A stretch of DNA of 64,000 bases, taken from NCBI GenBank assembly GCA_963666285.1, contig OY762711.1; one strand, written 5' to 3'. The notes beneath the pieces are model-generated. The model was not told the origin of the DNA, ran no database searches, and saw only the letters and a list, made by a program, of their open reading frames with translations. How positions within the stretch are numbered: position 1 is the stretch's first letter; every line of letters starts with the position of its first letter. The stretch comes from Sedimentisphaerales bacterium. GTDB lineage: Bacteria; Planctomycetota; Phycisphaerae; Sedimentisphaerales; SM23-30. Made by a program: the position numbers and the translations under genes. Positions 15,001 through 24,000 of the stretch are shown here, piece by piece.

Positions 15001-18000
15001 CGGGTACTATTGACAATAACAATGATATTACCACTGCCGGATATGCCGGCGGATGAACCTTTGCCGGCAGCAGAGGCAATACTAACATTGACATTTGTAG
15101 TTTCGGCATTAACTTTCAGGGTATCGGCATATAGCGAAACACCGCCTTTAATATCCGCATTGGTGATATTAACATTAGCACCAATATAAAGTGAGCCGCC
15201 CGCGGCATTTTTGGCACCGGAAACGCCAAAGCCAAGCCCGCCGACACCTGTATTAGAAATAATAATAGAAGAAGTCTCAGCCTCAACTGTTACATCCTGA
15301 CTGCCGGATCGGTTAAGGTCTGAGTTAATTACAGCATTTTCGCCAATGTAAGCATTGGCAACATTGACATAGGCACTAATATTAACAGAACCAGCCAGGC
15401 CGGTAGTACCGCCTGAAATGGACGATTTGACATTAGATGTGAACAATCCGCCAATTGAATCGGTAATACCATCCATAATACTGATATCGTTCAGATCGGT
15501 GGTAGTAACCTCGGTAAATACACTTTCTACCTGGGATACAATTGAATCATCACCACCAATATCCTGTAAAGAAGTACCGACACCTTCCCAGCTGTATTCA
15601 AAGTACCATTCATAACCGGATTCGGCATGAACAGTTATATCTTCATAGGCATCAACTACCGCTCCACCGGCAATATATGCATTTGTCAGATTAACATAAC
15701 CGGCCAAAACGATAGAAGCTCCGATACTGGTCGTATTACTGTTTTTATCATTTTCAATTTCACTGGAAGCACCTATCTTTGGAGATAGCATATTTGAAGC
15801 ATCAACAGAAACAGAGCCCATATCAGATTCTACTTTTGCGTTTGAACCGATATAAGCATCCACCATACTGACATGAGCCTGAAGAGCAAGAGCCGGTGCA
15901 AAAGCTATTTTTCTGGACTGAGACTGATTTTTCTGATCATCACCCGTTTTATTCGTGTCTTCAGAATTTGATTTATTCGCATCATCCTTGTTAGCTGCAT
16001 TCTTCTTTTTGACCTTATTGGCAATACCCATAACGGCTTTCTTAGCCAGAGATTGAATATCGCCTGGATTATCGTTATCCTCCGGAAATTCAGTACTGGC
16101 AGAAAGGCCATCACTTTCCATGGTCTGGACGGCAGAAATTGTTACATTACCACCCGCTGTTACAGTACCGTTGAATGATGCCTGGGCTGTGCCAACAAAA
16201 ACTGAAACTGCTACACCGGCAGCTACATAACCATCTTTATGCGTTTCCGCTTCGGCTTCGATACTGGAATCCTTGAATATCTCCGATTTCATATTGAAAT
16301 CGCCGGTAACATCCAAAACTGCACCATCCTGAACTGTAGTAACAGAGGTAGGAACAGAGACACCAATAGCCAAAGCAAAATTGAATACCTGGAGTTTATC
16401 TAATTTTTCCGGTAAAGACGTTCCGTAAAAGATATCATGCTGAACAGAAACATTTACACCACTATAAGCAGAAGAGAGCATATCAAGATTGCCGGAAGCA
16501 TTGATCTGTACCTGATCTTCGACAGTAACTTCGGCGGTAGGAACAGAAACCGCAACACCAACACCAACAAAGATAGACCCGACTGTCACATTAGCTTCAG
16601 AGACTGCCTGGGCATCAATAACAACATTAGCACCATCAATAACCGTACCAGAACCAATAGTAATACGTGAATCGGCAACAGAAACAGATACTCCGCCAAT
16701 GAGCTGGAATATAGTAAGGTCCAGGAAGTCCTGTATATTACCAACCACTTCCTCGGCAACACTGTCTTCTTCCAGATCATAGATCATAGAAGTATCAGCA
16801 ACAGCTTTAATTGTGATATTTTCGCCATGCAGGACTGCATTGTCTATATCGATGCTGACAACATCAACCTCAACTACAACAGGCGAGAATGTCTCCATTA
16901 TGGCAATGCCTATATACTGCCAGATGGCCGAGGCCGTATCAATAGGAGTCTTGGTCGCTGTAAGATTTATATCGCCTCCTGCGATGCCGGAAGCTGTATC
17001 GGCATAGGTCAGAATTTGCGAGCCGCTCTTTAGGTATATATCGGGAGCTGTCAGATTAACTGCTCCAAACTGAGTAAGGACCCCAGAAGGATTGATACGA
17101 GTTGATATAGTAACATTTTCTGCTAATTCAATAGAATCTCCGCTGATCAGAGACAGATCGCCGGCAATGTTAATGTCACTGCTGATAGTAATCTTATCGC
17201 TATCAATAATGGTAAGTGAGCTGTAGTTTCCGTTGAAGTCATAAATATCATTACCTGTACCACAGATCAATACATCATTACCACCATTACCGTTAATAGT
17301 ATCAGAACCACCGGCTCCGTAGATTATATTATCACCGGAATCACCGGTCAGTATATCATCACCTTCGGTACCTTCGATATTTTCGAAGCCTGATATGGTA
17401 TCAGCTCCGGCAGGACCGGATACCTGGCTGGTTTCAAGGTTGACAGTCACGCCGGTATTAGACGCATCGATAGGTGTATTGAGATATGAGACAGTATCAA
17501 CACTACCTTCGCCATAAAGAAAGTCATCGCCAAGGCCGCCAATAATTATATTACTATTGCCATCGCCATGGATAGTATCAACCTGATCGGTACCAATAAC
17601 ATTTTCGATATCAGTAAAATTATCACCCAGGGCATCATTTGTATTAGTACCGTTATTGCCAAGATAAACTGTCACACCAGTAGTTGAAGTTTCATATGAC
17701 ACAGTATCACTGCCGCCCCTGCCGTCAAACCGGTCACCACCGGCACCACCGATAAAGATATTATTTGAACTGTCACCATAGAAGAAATCGGCGTGATCTG
17801 AGCCCTGGAAAACTTCGATACTCACAAAATCGTCACCGGCGGCATGGTAAGTATTATTGGCAGGAATATTCAGGTCTATAGTAACGCCATTAGTTGAGTT
17901 TGCATAGGAAGCAATATCTCTACCGGCACCACCATCAAGAATATCGCCGGCATCCATACCTTCGAGTACATCATCGCCTAAACCACCATATATTTCATTT

Positions 18001-21000
18001 GCAGAACTATCACCTGTCAGTATATCATCATAATCAGAGCCAATCAGGATTTCGAGGTTAAGTAATGTATCAGTATATCCATTTTCTGAAGCTGTTGCAC
18101 CAAGCGTTGCGGTAACGCCTGAAATTGAATATTCATAGCTTACCGTATCTTCATTATCGCCGCCATCAATGGTATCATTACCCCAGCTGCCAATCAAGGT
18201 GTCATTACCGGCAAGACCATAGACAAAATCAGAACCTGCTCCGGCTTTGATGATATTATCCCCGGCATCACCGTAGATCGTATCGCCATAGCTTGAACCA
18301 ATTACATTCTCTATTCCGTTATAGGTATCACCTCCTGCATCACTTCCAGAACTTAAACCGTTTGCAGAATCCAGATAAACCGTCACCGGTCCGCTGTCCT
18401 GATATGACACCCAGTCGCTGCCATCACCACCAATTAATGTATCACCACCGGCACCACCGGTTAAGACATTGGAATATTCATTACCAATAAGTATATCAAT
18501 TCCAGGAGAACCAATAATATTTGAGATATTGGCAATTGTGTCATCATTAGCTGCAGTCACCGGTTGAGCATCTGTTATTGACAGATTGACTGTAACACCG
18601 GAATACAGTTCATAACTTATAGTATCATCACCAAATCCACCATCGACAATATTGTCACCGTCATTAAGAATAATAAGATCGTCACCCAGTCCACCGGAAA
18701 TATTACTGCCAAGCGAGGAACCGATAAGCCTGTCATTATACGGGCTGCCGATAACATTGGTAATATTTGTATAAACATCTCCTTCTGCATCACCGCCCAG
18801 GCCGGTACCTGCTTCCAGATCGACTGTTACTGCTTCTTCTGACCCTGCAAACGAAACCGTATCAGCTTTATTTCCACCACCGCCATCAATTGTATCAGCG
18901 CCACCGCCGCCAATAATTATATTACTTTCATCGGCACGCCCATAAAGAAAATCATTTTGGGCAGAACCTTCCAGGTTTTCGATTGAGTCAAATACATCGC
19001 CAACAGCATCACCTAAAGCCGGATTTGTGCCAGATAAGTCAACCTGCACCATTTCCGTACTATTGGCATAAGATGCGGTATCGGAACCTTCACCGCCATT
19101 TAGAGTATCAGCTGCCCCGCCGCGTCCTTCCAGTATATCGTCACCATCGCCGCCATTTATGATATTGTCTTCGGAATCACCACGCAGGATATCATCATAG
19201 GCACTACCGGTTAGATTTTCAAATCCCCTGATCTCATCATTATCAGCACCATAGGTGAACTGAGAAGTCAATATCGACAAATCAACTTCCACTTCCATTT
19301 CAGCGGAAGCATATGAGACGGTATCAATACCGCTGCCGCCAACCAGCTCATCATCGCCATAGCCACCCTCAACAATATCATCGCCATCTAATGCAGTAAT
19401 ATAGTCATCACCATCACCACCAGTAAGAATATTAGCTTCGTTTGAGCCATAAATAAAGTCATCATATTCTGAACCAATTGCATTTTCAAAGCCGGCTATA
19501 ACTTCAACATTTTCTTCTCCATCAATAGCCTGACCATTAAGCAGATCGACCACAATACCGCTTATATCATCAGCAAACGATATGGTATCATTTTCAGAAC
19601 CGCCATCAAGTGAATCAAGACCAAGGCCGCCCAGGATAATATCATCACCGGCCTGACCCAGGATAGTATCGTTGCCTTCACCACCATAAACTATATCATT
19701 ACCGGCAGCAGCCTGGATATTATCATTTCCGCCAAGTCCATATATTATATTATCATGGTAATCACCGTAAATAATATCATCATATTCTGATCCGGTAACA
19801 TTGCTTATACTGACAAGTTCATCGTTATCCTGACCAGTTTCATCCATGCCGAAAGACAGCCCAAGATTGACAATAACATAATTTTCCGAATATTCATACG
19901 ATACTGTGTCAGAGCCATCCTGACCATTCAGATAGTCATTGCCATAACCACCTATAAGAGTGTCTGCACCGTTACCACCGTAGATTTTATCATCGCCTTT
20001 GCCGCCATCAATGATATTGTCATCACTATTACCAGTCAGAATATCATTATATACCGACCCGGTAATATTGGCGATATCTACGAGATTATCAACACCAATA
20101 AAGACACCCCAGGCACTTCCGGATAAAAGATCGACAGTTACAAAATTACTGCTGTCGACATATGAAATGGTATTTGAACCATCCTGACCGTAAATATTGT
20201 CATTACCAAGCGAACCGATTATGGTATCATCGCCATCGCCACCGTAAATATTATTACTAAAGACACTACCGGAGAGAGTATCATCATATTCCGAACCGAT
20301 TAGATTATATATGCCGGAAAGAGTATCGATATTGCTATATCCATCTTCAGCCTCACCATCGAGACTGACAGTAACAGCTGATTCATCATTGGCATAACTT
20401 GCGGTATCGCTGCCGCCGCCGCCGATGATAATATCGGCTCCTTCTCCACCTTCAAGGATATCAGCAGCCAGACCGCCATAAATGTAGTCATTACCAGAAC
20501 GGCCAAAGATGTAATTAGCATTTGAATCGCCGAAAAGGATATCATCATAATCAGAACCAATAATATTCTGAATATTAACATAGCTGTCACCATCAGCTTC
20601 ATCACCGGTACCGGTAACACCACCGCTAAGTCTGACGGTAACACCAGTTGCGGCATCCGCAAAAGATATGGTATTGGTACCACCAAAACCATCTATAGTA
20701 TCAGCCCCTAACCCGCCAATAATAATATTATCATTAGAATCACCAGTAATAGAATCAGCAAATGCCGAACCGATAATATTTTCTATTGAATCAAGATCGT
20801 CAGTATATATCCCATCAGAACCAGTAAACACGTCCAAGTTAACAGTTACAGCACCACTATTAACATATGAAACCCAGTCGCTGCCATCCTGACCGTATAA
20901 TTTATCGCTGCCGGATGAACCTTCGAGAGTATCATCACCATCACCACCATAAATATAATCTATGCCATCACCACCAATTAAATAGTTATCTGCACTGTCA

Positions 21001-24000
21001 CCTGTAATCGTATCAGAATATGCAGTACCAATTACGTTTTCAATTGATTCATAACTATCACCGGCAGCAATACCGGTATTATTAGATGGCGATGCCAGGT
21101 TAATAGTCAGGCCCTGACCGGCCAGCTCATAGGTAATTACATCGGTACCGGCATCACCGTAAATCTCATCTGCACCGGTCGAAGCAAAAATTATGTCATC
21201 GCCGCCGCCGGCACTAATTACGTTATCAGAATCATTACCGTAAATAGTATCAGCATAATCGGAACCAATAATATCGTTGATAAATACCAGGGTATCAACA
21301 CCGGCACCATAAGTATTCTGACTGGAAGCTTTGCCCAGATCGACAGTAACCCCGGCAGAAGCACCGGCATAAGATACAGCGTTTGTACCACCACCACCAT
21401 CAATGATATTTATACCTTCATTACCAGCAATAACATCGTTATCGGCACCACCATACAATTCATCATCACCACTGCCGCCATAGATCAAATCATCGCCGGC
21501 TTCGCCGTAAACAGTGTCATTACCACTGCCGGAGAAAATAATATCAGAACCACCGGCACCATAGATAGTATCATTACCGGCACCTGTAATTATTTTATTG
21601 CTTGCCTGGTTACCATAAATCGTATCATTTAAATCGGAACCTATAACATTCTGGATATTATACAGCTCATCTATATCATTCTGGCCATTATCCTGCTGCT
21701 TCTGGGTAAGCTTGATAGTAACACCAGTCATTGATTTCTGGTATGATACTGTATTGACACCCTGACCACCAACGATAGTATCATTACCCAATCCACCTTC
21801 AAGGGTATCATCGCCATCAAGACCGTAAATCTCATCATTACCTTCGCCACCAAAGATATAGTTACCTTCATCATTACCGGTAAGGATATCAACTTCATCG
21901 GTACCGGTAATATTAGTAATACCGCTAATTGTGTCCAAACCGGCACCGGTATCCTGGGCACCGCTGATTGACAGATTTACAGTAACACTGGTTGTCATAT
22001 CAGCATAGGAGACTTCATCTGTGCCTTCACCGCCGGAAATGGCATCATCGCCAAGTCCGCCGTAGATAATATCGTCACCTTCGCCGCCTTCCAGGTTGTC
22101 GTTATTATCGCCACCATAGATTGTGTCGTCACCGGCACCACCAAGAACCGAATCATCACCGGCACCGGCATATATTACGTCATTTCCCTCACGACCTTCA
22201 ATTGAGTCATCACCGGCATTACCGTATAGATAATTGTCTCCACTGCCGCCGACAATAGTATCATTACCGCTGCCGCCATAGACATTATCGACAAACCTGA
22301 CACCATCGGTACCTTGAGCCTGTGCCAGGGTCTCATCATCCTGAACATCAAGATTGACTGAAATGTCTGTGGTATAGCTGCTGTAGTCAAGTGTCAATAT
22401 GCCGTCAGTTGTACCTTCGATAGTACCGGCAAACTCTGCACCATCTTCAAAAGCGATAATTGTTGTGCCAAGAGAGGCAATAATTTTCTCTATATTTCCA
22501 ATATGGCTAATTATGGTATTGTTATTTACAGCTAACGATACGGTCTGGTCTGTGTGAATTGTTATGGTAACATCTGAACTGCTCGTTGAAAAGTCCAGCA
22601 CATCCTCTGAATCGCCCAGCGACTCTTCTGCATCATTTTCATAGTCCGGTGCCACTTCCAGTATTGTATCATTATCCCAAAGGTCGCCAAACTGATAGGT
22701 GTCACTGCCGCCGCTGCCTATCAAAGTATCATTACCAAGATATCCTTCCAGAATATTAGAGGTATTATTACCAACAAGGATATCATCAAATTGTGAACCG
22801 ACCAACCCTTCAATCCCGCTTAGGGTATCCAGACCGGCTGATAAAGTGTCTTGTTCTTCGCCATCAGCATCAAGGGTAACAGCTACCGCAGAGCCGGAAA
22901 GCCTATATGATGCAATATCAATACCTTCACCGCCGATTATGATATCATCACCTGTCAGCCCTTCGATAATATCATTTCCTTCGCCACCATCAATGACATT
23001 ATCCAGAGAACTGCCGGTTAAGATATCATCAAAAGCAGAACCGGTAAGATTGGTTATCTCGAAATACTCATCTCCATCATTACTGCTCCCGCTCGCCAGA
23101 TCGGCAATAACGCCGATTGTGGAATATATATATGCGGCTGTATCGTTTCCGCCATTACCATAAAGCTTATCAGCACCGCCGTTACCAATAAAAATATTAT
23201 CTTCGCTATTACCATAAAGAGTGTCAGCAAAATCAGAACCTTCGAGGTTCTCTATGCCGTCAAAAGTATCACCCAGGGCATAGCCGGTATTGGTACCATT
23301 ATTGCCAAGATAAACAGTAACTCCGACCGGTGCAAACCGATATGACGCGGTGTCACTGCCACCACCGCCGGTTATTTCATCGGCTCCGGCACCACCGACA
23401 ATAATATTGTCGCCAGAATCACCTGTCAGGAAGTCACCATAACTGCTGCCGTAGATATTATCTATCTTAGAGACAGAACCAGCTACACCATCCGCTGATT
23501 TAGATGACAGATTTACTGTAACTGAGCTATTGTATTGACGGTAATCCAGGGTTGCAGTACCAATCGTATCATCATTAGAACTGCTGCCAACTATATCACC
23601 ATTAAATACCGCACCATCTTCGAATGTATATATATTATCGCCGGAACCGCCGATTATTTTCTCAATATTTGCCACATAATATAAACTGCCATCTTCAGAA
23701 CTTACCGAAAACGTACCGTCGACATGGAAAGTAAAGACGATATCAGTAGTAACCTGACTGAAATCGAGAGTATCGGTTCCTTCATCGGCATTTTCGATAA
23801 CAGTATCGACGCCCCAGCTGTCACTAAAGATATATTTATCGTTACCATCTTTACCGGTAAGGGTATCGTTGCCTTCCAGACCGATCAGTTTATTGTTGCC
23901 ATCACTCCCCAGCAGTATATCATCGTAGGCAGAACCGTCCAGATTAACCACACTGGTAAAACTATCCTGCCCGGAATCACCGACCTGCTCCTGGCTGCCC

